This document shows, piece after piece, positions 45,120 through 53,803 of a DNA stretch of 64,000 bases. Where the stretch lies: positions 309,302 through 373,301 of the forward strand of contig OY970296.1 in assembly GCA_963716175.1 (NCBI GenBank). Reading direction: 5' to 3'. The position numbers were made by a program, and so were the translations under genes. This DNA is from an uncultured Armatimonadetes bacterium. GTDB taxonomy: Bacteria > Armatimonadota > Hebobacteria > Hebobacterales > Hebobacteraceae. Within the stretch, counting starts at the first letter, position 1, and each line of letters opens with the position of its first letter. A model generated the notes under the pieces. The model was not told the origin of the DNA and searched no databases. It saw nothing but the letters and a program-made list of their open reading frames with translations.

Positions 45120-46550
45120 TCAGAATTTCAGCTGCATCTGCGCGTAGACCGCGTTTCCGTCCCACTTGGTGAGCTCGGAGAACTTCGGGCCGACATTCCG
45201 CAGCTCCCAGACCAGGGTGAGCCGGGTAGCCTTGTCCAGGTCGTACCAGTAGCCCAGGCTCCAGCGCTTGAAGAGGTCGTCCGGCTTGGCCCGGTTCTCG
45301 TCGAACTGATCGTACTTCACGAAGAGCAGATTAGGCTTGCTGGGGGTAACCGGGTGGCCAAGCTGCCAGTAGTAACCGCGCATATCCTTGCCCTTGTCGT
45401 TGCCGGTGACCCATTCGCTCAGGAATTGCGTCTCGCCCCAGTGGTAACGGGCGCTAACTCCATCGCGGTCTTGGCGGGTGACCGCCGCGCCCTCGCCGTT
45501 GGTGCCCGTGTACCCCGAGAGCGCCACGGAGCCGTTCTTCAGCGGGAAGTCTACTCGACCCAGGAGGTTGGACTTGTTGTTATTGTCCACCGCATCAATG
45601 TTCGTCCCATTGACCAGGGCGACATCGAACATGGGCGAGGTGGGCTTGCGCCGGTAGTTCACGAAGGCGCCGATGTCTCTCTGGTCCGGAAAGAGGCGAT
45701 CCATCCAGAATGATCGTTCCCCGGTCCACAAGTTGGGTACAGACTCCTCCAGCTCGTAGCCCCAGGGCAGAATCGCCTGGCCCATGCGGAACCTTGATTC
45801 CGGGCTGAGCTTGTAGTCAATGTACGCGGTGCGCAGCTGCGCTTTGCTGCCGGGGCCCTTTCCCTGCTCCTTGGAATCGAACTGCATCTCAACCCGGTAG
45901 GAGGCCTTCTCGCTCACCGGCCCCCGCACGTTCACGCGCACCCGGCGCACCTGGAACTCGCGCCGCCCATCGGTGGCATTATCGTCCCGGTAGCGCAGTT
46001 GCATGTAGCCGTCAATCTGGTGCGCCTTGCGCTCCACCTCCACCTTGGCGAGCCGTGTCTGCACGTCTTTCATCGCTGCCGCCAAGTCATCCACGCGCAC
46101 CCCCATTGCGACCAACTCAGAGTGAAACTCATCCAGCAGCTTCTCCACCCGCGCGATGTTCTCAGGGCTCAGGCCCTGCGGCGATGGCGCCTCTCCTGCC
46201 GGGCTGCCTGCCACGGGCGGCGCCTCAGCAGTCGTGGCCGCCGTCTCCGCCCGCGCGGTCTGCAACAAGGTCTGCCCCTGCTGTTGACAGGCCTTACCTA
46301 GACCCTCGACTGCGCGCAGTGTCAGTGCCGCCGCCTCAAAGCGGCTCAGGCGGTCTGTCCACGTGCTCAACGGCGCTGCCGGGTGACCGCTGAGCAATCC
46401 TGCCTGCGCTAGCCTGTCCAGCTCAGCGTACTGCCAGTCACCTGCGCCTATCGTCTCCGTGCCTCCCCAGGCAGCGACAACGCAGGCCAGCACCAGAACC
46501 GTGGCCGCCAGCAGCGCGAAGCTGTGCCTCCCTCGCCATCCGACCTCCAT
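45120..46550 (-). CDS. Outer-membrane porin with N-terminal SLH-like domain and coiled coil (OmpM/Slp-type architecture)
   Basis: Signal peptide. SLH-like segment GDWQYAELDRLAQAGLLSG...LSRFEAAALTLRAVEGL. Coiled coil IARVEKLLDEFHSELVAMGVRVDDLAAAMKDVQTRLAKVEVE. Alternating beta-strand region ending ...AVYAQMQLKF (C-terminal Phe). ATG 46550 has GGAGG 5 nt upstream. Confidence 0.6.
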   Translation of the reverse strand: MEVGWRGRHSFALLAATVLVLACVVAAWGGTETIGAGDWQYAELDRLAQAGLLSGHPAAPLSTWTDRLSRFEAAALTLRAVEGLGKACQQQGQTLLQTARAETAATTAEAPPVAGSPAGEAPSPQGLSPENIARVEKLLDEFHSELVAMGVRVDDLAAAMKDVQTRLAKVEVERKAHQIDGYMQLRYRDDNATDGRREFQVRRVRVNVRGPVSEKASYRVEMQFDSKEQGKGPGSKAQLRTAYIDYKLSPESRFRMGQAILPWGYELEESVPNLWTGERSFWMDRLFPDQRDIGAFVNYRRKPTSPMFDVALVNGTNIDAVDNNNKSNLLGRVDFPLKNGSVALSGYTGTNGEGAAVTRQDRDGVSARYHWGETQFLSEWVTGNDKGKDMRGYYWQLGHPVTPSKPNLLFVKYDQFDENRAKPDDLFKRWSLGYWYDLDKATRLTLVWELRNVGPKFSELTKWDGNAVYAQMQLKF

Positions 46551-46555
46551 CCTTG

Positions 46556-46586
46556 CCTCCTCTCCAACCGTCGGTTGCACGGGAGG
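46556..46586 (-). promoter_or_regulatory. SD-sequestering hairpin in the porin/ModA-like leader
   Basis: The minus-strand RNA reads CCUCC-CGUG-CAACC-GAC-GGUUG-GAGA-GGAGG-caagg-AUG. The outer stem pairs an anti-SD with the SD of the porin gene. Confidence 0.45.
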
Positions 46587-46968
46587 ATACTACGACTCAT
46601 CTGTGTCACTCCCAACAAGGACTGCGCACATATCCGTGAACGCGGTCCGGTGCTATCTTCTGGGCGAGATCATCTACTCGTCAGGCTAGGGGCTTGCCAG
46701 AGGCACGTCTCGGCTTGCGGAGCTATGAACGAATAGAGTCAAGTCGAGGTTGCTCGCGGCGGCCTGGCGCTTGCTGGCGCGTTGGGGCGGCCACGAAGGC
46801 GCCGGGAGCGGCACCCATCGCGTAACGGATGGGCCATCCGAGGCGCCGAGGGTGGCGGCCAAGAGGATGTCGCAGTGTGCTGATCGAACCGCACCCGGAA
46901 CTGCACCGAGGCCTGACTGGCGCAGCCGTGGCAGAGGGGGCAGACCGGGAACCACAGAGGAAGATGAG

Positions 46969-47910
46969 ATGCCGAACCGCGACGACGTGGCTGAGCTGAC
47001 TGGGAAGGTGAAGCGGGCGGCGATGGAAGAGGGCGCGGCCCTGGTGGGGGTGGCTCCGGTGGAACGGTTCGATCCCATGCCACCGCGCTACGACGCCCCG
47101 CCGAAGGGAAGTCACCCGCGCGATTTCCTGCCGGAGGCGCGGTCAGTCGTCTCCATTGCCATGCCCATCCTGAACCCGGTGCTCGATGCGCCGGCCGCGC
47201 TGGCGGACCGTGAGATGGAGATGATCCCGCCCCACGCGAAGTACGAGTACCTGGAACTGCTCTACGATCGGGTTGGCCACTCCCTTCACGACGTGAAGCT
47301 CGAGCTTATCGCCCAAGCTGTCGGGCAACTGCTGATGAGGCAAGGCTACGACAGCATGATCTTCCCGACCGCAGGGCTGCACCCGCACCTCCAGGGCATG
47401 AGCGACGTGGAAATCTGGGAGACTCATCCGGACCACGCGCCCTTCCAGTATACCTTCGGCCCGTTCTCTCACCGCCACGCGGCCACGCGAGCGGGGCTCG
47501 GCGAGTTCGGCTATAACAACCTTGTGCTCACCAGAGAGTTCGGCGCCCGGCAGCGCCTCAACTCGATCATCACCGACGCCGAGCTGAAGCCTGATCCACT
47601 GATCACCGATCCCATCTGCCTCCGCGACAGCTGCAAGCTGTGCCTGAAGGCTTGCATCGCCCAGGCCATCACCATGCGAGACGATCCGGAGGTGCGTGAC
47701 TATCGTTCAGTTGAGAGCGATGATCACCGTCGCATCTTCGTAGACACGCCCGCAAAGACGGACCCCAAGCTGTGCCGCCGCCGCAGGGACGGCATTCCCG
47801 ACTCGCCGGTTCGGGGCGACTGCATCCGGATCTGCCCGCTGCCCCGGGAACCCCGACATCTGCCGAAGCGACTGCGAGCGATGGTGGAGGAATGGAGGGC
47901 AGGCCGCTGA
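46969..47910 (+). CDS. QueG/reductive-dehalogenase-related 4Fe-4S protein
   Basis: Translation has SHRHAATRAGLGEFGYNNLVLTREFGARQRLNSIITDAELKPD (QueG-like block) and the cysteine clusters CLRDSCKLCLKAC and CRRRRD...GDCIRICP. ATG 46969 has GAGGAAG upstream; the longer track ORF from 46750 is unlikely. Confidence 0.55.
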   Translation: MPNRDDVAELTGKVKRAAMEEGAALVGVAPVERFDPMPPRYDAPPKGSHPRDFLPEARSVVSIAMPILNPVLDAPAALADREMEMIPPHAKYEYLELLYDRVGHSLHDVKLELIAQAVGQLLMRQGYDSMIFPTAGLHPHLQGMSDVEIWETHPDHAPFQYTFGPFSHRHAATRAGLGEFGYNNLVLTREFGARQRLNSIITDAELKPDPLITDPICLRDSCKLCLKACIAQAITMRDDPEVRDYRSVESDDHRRIFVDTPAKTDPKLCRRRRDGIPDSPVRGDCIRICPLPREPRHLPKRLRAMVEEWRAGR

Positions 47911-47983
47911 CCCGGTCGCGATGCCAACCCCGGAGGTCCGCTCAGGCGTGAGCCGGCCACCCCGCGGTCCGGCCTGGGCTGCC

Positions 47984-49957
47984 CTATGCCCGCCTACCCA
48001 GCACCGCGAAGACCAGCTCGCGCAGGAGCGCGGTGGTGGCATCACCGACCAACAGACCCAGGAACACAGGCAGCGCGGTGCGGTGTGCCCGCAGGCCGCC
48101 GTAGCGGAGCAACAGCGACTTGATCAGCCAGGTGAGGAAGAGCGCCGGCACAATCCCTGCGATGGTGTTCGACATGGCGATGGGAAAAGCCACCGGGTGC
48201 AGCGGCCACCAGACGTATCGCAGCTTCAGGTAGTAGAGCAGCGATGTCACTGCGGCGGAAAACAACATTGCCAGCGACCCGCTGAGATCCGGGTGTGTGG
48301 GGTTCTCGAGCTGGGAGCGAAGCTCATCGGTGGCCCACCCACCAATGAGCAGGTTGTAGACGTGGGTGTCCCCCGAAGTCATCCCCAGGTGGTAGCCTAC
48401 GCGGAGGGTGGCCCAAAAGTAGGCGAGCAGCGCCAGCACTGGCACCACCGCCATGGCTGCGGCGAGCCGCCGCCGCTCCATCCGACCTCCCTCTGCCATC
48501 TTCAGCCCCTCGAGCTGCACAGGCATCGGGTGGTTGCGCTGCTCCAGGAGCAGCGGCCGCAGCATGTAGAACATGCCCATGGTGCGCGGCCCGAGGGCGC
48601 CCGTGCCCGCCACCGTAGGCAGGACCCAGCTCGGCATCGCCCCGTAGAGCTGGTGGCTCGGCGCGCCGAGCTGCGCGCGCACCCGGCACATGATCATCAC
48701 CATCAGGAAGTAGTGCCCAAGGAAGATCGCGGTCACCCAGGCGGCCAGGCCGCCGCGCTGCAGCAGCCACCACAGCACCGCCAGCCCTGCCAGCCCGCCC
48801 AGCACCGCGGTGCGGTAGCTGAGCGCCTCCTCCCGGTCCTCGCACAGCGGCGACCGCAGCCCGGCCGCTCTCCGCAGCACCTGCACCAGAAAGCGCCGGT
48901 CCAGCCATAGCACCACCAGTGCCAGCGCGATGAAGCCACCCGCGGTCTGCTGCTCGCCATAGGGGAATCCCGACCACTTGTTGACACACCATCCGAGCTG
49001 GCCCGACACCACGTACTCCGCAGCCCACACCCAGCCGAACACGAACAGGGAGAACGCAAGGTCCAGCGGGATCAGGTAAGTCAGCCCCAGGTACCATGGC
49101 GCCCACGATAGGTCGTAGAATCGCAGGAAACTCCAGGGAGGGTTGTTCTCCACCAAGGTGGCGAAGTTCCAGCTCATCGGCACTCGTGGCAGGCTAGGTA
49201 CCAGCCCGACCAAGGTGTTCCAGACCGCGATGCCGGCCGCCGCCCCCGCGCCAAGCCAGAACAGCTTGCTTCCGAACAGGGCATAGCGGTCGTCGGCGAG
49301 CTGGACGGGCAGCACGGTCATGGGAAATGCGAGCTTCTCTTGGTCGGCCCACCGGCGGCGCAGGATGGAGTTCATGCACAAGCCCACCCACATGATGGCC
49401 GCCACCAGGCAAGTCCACCACAGCGCCGGTGTTGCCCAGGCCTTCAGAATCCGCGCCGCGTACGGGCTCGTGTTCCCGTAGTAGAACCCCTCCAACACCT
49501 CCCGATCTTGCACCGTCAGCCAGCTTGGCAGATTGGGCCACACGATCTCCTGCCAGCGGTTCTGAGCGGTGGCGAACCAGAAGGGATAGGTCATGTAGAT
49601 GTAGGTGGAGCCGCCTATGTCCCACAGGCTGCACGTCAGGCCCGTGCCGAGCGCCAGCATTAGGTAGATGGTGAGCAGCTCCCCCGCAGAGAACGCCCAC
49701 TGCGGCCTCCGGTGCTGAAACCAGCGGTTCAGCAGTGCGCCCAGAAAGAGCGCGCCGACGGTATTGATGAACAGCGAGTCATCTCCGGTTATCCCCGCCC
49801 ACAGCCACAGCCCCCGCACCAGGAACAGCACGTTGAGGGGGGTAAGCGCGAGGCCGAGCACAACCGCGCGGGCGGTGACGCCTCCGCGCCGGGTGGCCGG
49901 CGCGACTGCAATCACTTCCCTGTCGGCCGCGCTCATATCAGGCGGAATGGCACCCAC
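47984..49957 (-). CDS. Large polytopic membrane protein of unknown function (paralog of 27394..29388)
   Basis: 657 aa with the same helix layout and conserved blocks as the first copy (see that feature). Confidence 0.6.
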   Translation of the reverse strand: MGAIPPDMSAADREVIAVAPATRRGGVTARAVVLGLALTPLNVLFLVRGLWLWAGITGDDSLFINTVGALFLGALLNRWFQHRRPQWAFSAGELLTIYLMLALGTGLTCSLWDIGGSTYIYMTYPFWFATAQNRWQEIVWPNLPSWLTVQDREVLEGFYYGNTSPYAARILKAWATPALWWTCLVAAIMWVGLCMNSILRRRWADQEKLAFPMTVLPVQLADDRYALFGSKLFWLGAGAAAGIAVWNTLVGLVPSLPRVPMSWNFATLVENNPPWSFLRFYDLSWAPWYLGLTYLIPLDLAFSLFVFGWVWAAEYVVSGQLGWCVNKWSGFPYGEQQTAGGFIALALVVLWLDRRFLVQVLRRAAGLRSPLCEDREEALSYRTAVLGGLAGLAVLWWLLQRGGLAAWVTAIFLGHYFLMVMIMCRVRAQLGAPSHQLYGAMPSWVLPTVAGTGALGPRTMGMFYMLRPLLLEQRNHPMPVQLEGLKMAEGGRMERRRLAAAMAVVPVLALLAYFWATLRVGYHLGMTSGDTHVYNLLIGGWATDELRSQLENPTHPDLSGSLAMLFSAAVTSLLYYLKLRYVWWPLHPVAFPIAMSNTIAGIVPALFLTWLIKSLLLRYGGLRAHRTALPVFLGLLVGDATTALLRELVFAVLGRRA

Positions 49958-50486
49958 TCGGAGGAACGGCTATCTGAGCCATCACAACGATCTCCTCCCG
50001 CGGAGCTTCGAAAAGGTGCTCGTGGCAAAGACACCTAGGTCAGGAGGAGACGGACCACAATCCAGATTGAACCTGATGCTCACAGGTGGTCTTCGGGGAT
50101 GCGGAGTCTCGGTCCTGCCAGCGGACAGCTTCGCGAGCTGGGAGAGGTGAGCAGCGACCGGGGCACGCTCAGGTTGAGACTGGAGCAGGTAGCTGCTCCG
50201 CTCGCCGCCTGTGTCCGTCGGCGAGCGATGGGGGGCATCTGGGCAGCGCCTCCGGCCCCCGCTTTCGGGCCGAGGGGCAGAACTGCGGTACAGCGTCCTT
50301 CCTGCACTGCACACCGGATGATGACGTGACGCTGACCGTCCATGCTCGCCCCTATGCGCGCCACACCGCGATTGCCCGCAGGGAGGCGATTCGGCGGTGC
50401 CGAACGGTCTCGCAGATCGGCGCCATTGCGAGGCTCCGACAACGTAACCGGCGGCTAGGGCGAGCAGCGGATCCCGAGGACCAGGG

Positions 50487-50741
50487 ATCTGCTACCTCTT
50501 CGTAGATCTGCTGAACTGGCGAAAGGCCGCGTTCCCGCTCGTGGTAGTTGGCAGCAATGCTCTCGTCGCCTATATGTCCGGACCGTTCATTGACTTCGAC
50601 GGCATCGCGGGCAGCTTCGTGGGTGGCCTCGAGCTCGTGACTCCGTTCTGGTACCCACTGATCTTCACCGGCGCGGGCTTCCTGGCGCATTGGCTCGTGC
50701 TGCTGTGGATGTACCGCACCAGGACGTTCGTGAAGCTATGA
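50487..50741 (+). pseudogene. 3' fragment of a DUF5009/HGSNAT-like membrane acyltransferase gene
   Basis: The frame is open from 50448. ICYLFVDLLNWRKAAFPLVVVGSNALVAYM...WLVLLWMYRTRTFVKL matches only the last ~85 aa of such ~370-aa proteins. No upstream coding continuation is present. Confidence 0.4.
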
Positions 50742-51821
50742 AGCTGAGCCGAGCAGGTCGCTCAGCTCGAAGGGTTCGGGGCGAGGGCAGCCGCTCTCCA
50801 GGCGGAGGTGGCGTTCCTGTTCCGAGGCCTCGTGGATGGCGTGCATGATGTCGAGCACGTGGTACATCAGCTCACCGCTGGCGCGAGGCGAACGGCCTGC
50901 GTGGATCGCTTGCGCCAATTCGGCCACGCCCAGCCCGCGGCCCCAGGCGGGAAAACCTTTGGGCAGCGACACCTGCTGCACCTCGTCGTCGCCCTGCTGC
51001 AAGGTGACCGTGCCGGTGTACGCGTTCGGGTCGTTGGTGACGAGCACGCCCTCGCTGCCAAGGATCTCCAGCCGCGGATGGTAGCCCGGCACCTCGCAGG
51101 TGGTGGTGATGGCGCCGACGCAGCCGCTCGCGAAGTCAAGCACGCCGGAGATGTTACCGGGGCGCGTGACGGAGTAAGTCTTGCCGTGATCGGGGGAATC
51201 CGCCGGGTAGCGCTTCTCTCGGAAAGGGGTCTGAGCGGAGCCCGTGACGCGCCGCACCGGGCCCAGCAGCGAGACCAGCGCGGTCAGGTAGTACGGGCCC
51301 ATGTCGAACATCGGGCCTGTGAAGATGTTGTAGTAGCGCTCCGAGCCGTGGCCGGCGGCGAGCAGTGCCTGGCCGGTGATGGGCGTGCCGATGGCGCCAT
51401 CATCAATCAGCCGTCGGCAGGCCTGCAGGCCGGCGCCAAGAAAGGTGTCGGCCGCGCCCGCGAGCAGCAGGCCGCGGCGCCGCGCGGCCTCGACGATCTC
51501 TTTCCCCAGCTCGCGGTTCACGGTAAGCGGCTTCTCCGAGAAGACGTGCTTGCCCGTCTCGAATGCGGCCATGGTCACCTCATAGTGCTGCGCGGGCATG
51601 GTGAGGTTGACCACGATCTCGATCTCCGGGTCGGCCATCAGCTCCTCGGTAGTGCACACTCTGGGCACACCGAACTGGGCGGCGCGCTGCTGGGCGCGTT
51701 CGGGGATGAGGTCGGAACAGGCGGTCACCTGCACTAGGTCGGAGAGCATGCCCGTGAGGTGCTCGAGGTAGCTGCCGCTGATCTCGCCGCAGCCGACGAT
51801 GCCGGTCTTGACTGCCTTCAC
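50736..51821 (-). CDS. Gfo/Idh/MocA family oxidoreductase
   Basis: Translation has VKAVKTGIVGCGEISGSYLEHL (Rossmann N-terminus), HVFSEKPL and a typical C-terminal domain. GTG 51821 has GGGAGGG 6 nt upstream. Confidence 0.85.
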   Translation of the reverse strand: MKAVKTGIVGCGEISGSYLEHLTGMLSDLVQVTACSDLIPERAQQRAAQFGVPRVCTTEELMADPEIEIVVNLTMPAQHYEVTMAAFETGKHVFSEKPLTVNRELGKEIVEAARRRGLLLAGAADTFLGAGLQACRRLIDDGAIGTPITGQALLAAGHGSERYYNIFTGPMFDMGPYYLTALVSLLGPVRRVTGSAQTPFREKRYPADSPDHGKTYSVTRPGNISGVLDFASGCVGAITTTCEVPGYHPRLEILGSEGVLVTNDPNAYTGTVTLQQGDDEVQQVSLPKGFPAWGRGLGVAELAQAIHAGRSPRASGELMYHVLDIMHAIHEASEQERHLRLESGCPRPEPFELSDLLGSAS

Positions 51822-51954
51822 AGCTATCCCTCCCGAGAGGACATAAGCGGCAGGTTCCATTCGAGGCCGCGGCTCCCTGCACACCTGACCAAACCCATCC
51901 CACCTCCCCGGGCAGGTCTCACGGCCTTCCCGCCAGCAGGCTGATCCGGGAGGA

Positions 51955-53484
51955 TCACTCCAGGTAGCCTAGCGCCTCGAGCTCGCGCCGGGTCTGGGGA
52001 GGTAGCTTGCTCTGCGGCACCTCCGACACGGGGGTGGCGGCCGCAGTCGGTGAGATGAACTGTGCCAGCGGGCGGGCCTGCGTGTGCGCGAAGGCCCGAA
52101 AGGCCGCGATCATCCTCGCGGCTCTATCTGCGTGCTCGGCGGCGACGCTGTGCGCTTGTGCCGGGTCGCTCCGCAGGTCGTACAACGCCCGCAGCTTCCC
52201 GCCGCGATAGAGGATGAGGGACCACGACTGGTCTCTCACCAGGTAGCTCGGCCAAGGCTCCGCGCAGGTGGCGAAGACATAGTCGCGCAGTCTGCTCCTC
52301 TTCCCGTTGAGTAGCGAGAGCAGAGAACTGCCCTGAATCCTGCCGCGCGGGTGAGGTATCTGATAGAGATCGAGGACCGTGGGCAGCAGGTCCACGGTCT
52401 GCGTCAGCGCAGCCACATCGCCGACGAGTCGCTGTCGGCCTGGCAACCTAATCAGCAGGGGAATATGCACGAACTCGTCGTAGACCGCGTGCGAATGATA
52501 GATGTACCCGTGTTCCCCGAACGCCTCGCCGTGGTCGGAAGTGACGATCAGAAGCGTGTTGTCGAGAAGATCGCGCGCCCGGAGCAGTCGCACCACTTCG
52601 CCCACACCCCAGTCGGCCCACCGCAGATTGGCATCATATAGGTTTTGCCATTGCTGAGGCGGGAGCGCCTTCATCCTGCCGTAGGACGGCCGTGTTTCAG
52701 GGAACTCGAAGTGCCCGTACCGCACGCCGCGCGGCGGTGAATCTGCAAACAGCGCCTTCAGCTCGTCGGGAGCATCGTAGGGATTGTGAGGGGGAAGGAA
52801 GTGGAGATAAGCGAAGAACCGGGACTGCCGCTCCCCGGACAGCCACCTGCCGAATACCTGGGTCAGTCCCTCCGGCGTTCGCCAGATATCTCCCTCGGGT
52901 AGCCCGATTCGCTCCTTCTTGGCCGAACCGAGGGCGGACGGGCTTACGAACACGCGCTCGAAGTCGCCCCCAATGCCCACCGCGGGAGCCGCCACCGCAT
53001 TGGAGCTGAAGAAAGCGGTGTGAAACCCCGCCCCCTTCAGCAGCTCCTCCAGCGTGCGGATCGCCGCATCCATCGTCTTGCGCCCGACGATGCAGTGCGT
53101 GTCGGGGTAGAGGCCGGTCAACAGCGACGCCGTGGACGGCTTTGTAGAGGGGTATGGTGAGAAGTGGTTTCTGAAGACCACGGATTCCTTGGCCAGCTCG
53201 TCCATGTTCGGGGTGGTCTCGCGTGGATAGCCGTAACCACCAACGTGGTCGGCCCTGGCGGCGTCAATGACACAGACTACGAGGTTAGCCGACCGCGCTC
53301 CGGCCAGGAGCTGATCCAATACCGGCTCGCCAACGGCGAGCGGGCCAAGCTGCGCTGACGCGGCTGAAACCCCTCCCCCTGGCTTGGCTGAGCGCAGCCT
53401 CACACGGCCCACCACCGCGAGCAGGGCAAGGAGGAGCACCACCGGCACCGCGAGTTTCACCATCCGGGAGCGGGGACGTCGCAT
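51955..53484 (-). CDS. Sulfatase-like (alkaline phosphatase superfamily) exported enzyme with Thr at the nucleophile position
   Basis: Translation has VVCVIDAARADHVGGYGY..TTPNMDELAKESVVFRNHF.PYPSTKPSTASLLTGLYP. The canonical C/S-x-P-S-R is replaced by T-K-P-S-T. IVTSDHGEAFGEHG follows later. Confidence 0.75.
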   Translation of the reverse strand: MRRPRSRMVKLAVPVVLLLALLAVVGRVRLRSAKPGGGVSAASAQLGPLAVGEPVLDQLLAGARSANLVVCVIDAARADHVGGYGYPRETTPNMDELAKESVVFRNHFSPYPSTKPSTASLLTGLYPDTHCIVGRKTMDAAIRTLEELLKGAGFHTAFFSSNAVAAPAVGIGGDFERVFVSPSALGSAKKERIGLPEGDIWRTPEGLTQVFGRWLSGERQSRFFAYLHFLPPHNPYDAPDELKALFADSPPRGVRYGHFEFPETRPSYGRMKALPPQQWQNLYDANLRWADWGVGEVVRLLRARDLLDNTLLIVTSDHGEAFGEHGYIYHSHAVYDEFVHIPLLIRLPGRQRLVGDVAALTQTVDLLPTVLDLYQIPHPRGRIQGSSLLSLLNGKRSRLRDYVFATCAEPWPSYLVRDQSWSLILYRGGKLRALYDLRSDPAQAHSVAAEHADRAARMIAAFRAFAHTQARPLAQFISPTAAATPVSEVPQSKLPPQTRRELEALGYLE

Positions 53485-53803
53485 GCTTGCTCAGGACTCC
53501 TCTGGCAGCCTTGCTGGGGCGAGCCCGGACGCGCGGACGCAAATCCAGCGCAGCAATGTGATTACTTCGACCCGCAGCCCGCGATCACCTCCAGGCAGCA
53601 CCGATCCGGCAGCGGGTCCGGCAGGTGTCGCGGCCAGACCGGCAGTATAGTAGGGACATCCCCAGCCGTTGGCGCTAGGAGATATGGTGAGGCCCGCGAT
53701 GACGCTGCGTTGTGCGATGGCTCTTGCATTGCTGATCGCGCTGGCTGCTTACCGCGAGCCGCTGGGCACCGCTGGGCAGTCGCCCCCCACGAAGGAGAAC
53801 ACG

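Noticed and set aside
46750-46968. N-terminal extension of the QueG-like ORF, with analogous extensions at 23967-24173, 26292-26351, 53669-53803, 55587-55655 and 10310-10357.
   Set aside because: The extensions are Arg/Gly/Pro-rich with no similarity to the families. Internal ATG/GTG codons with good GGAGG-type RBSs coincide with the expected protein N-termini.
50480-50560. The minus-strand translation ...NYHERERGLSPVQQIYEEV vaguely resembles the C-terminal YNxxRPHxxLGxxTP block of rve-type transposases. It was considered as an IS remnant explaining the truncated acyltransferase gene.
   Set aside because: The match covers only a few residues and part of it is antisense to the better-supported acyltransferase fragment. 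No inverted repeats or other transposase sequence are nearby.
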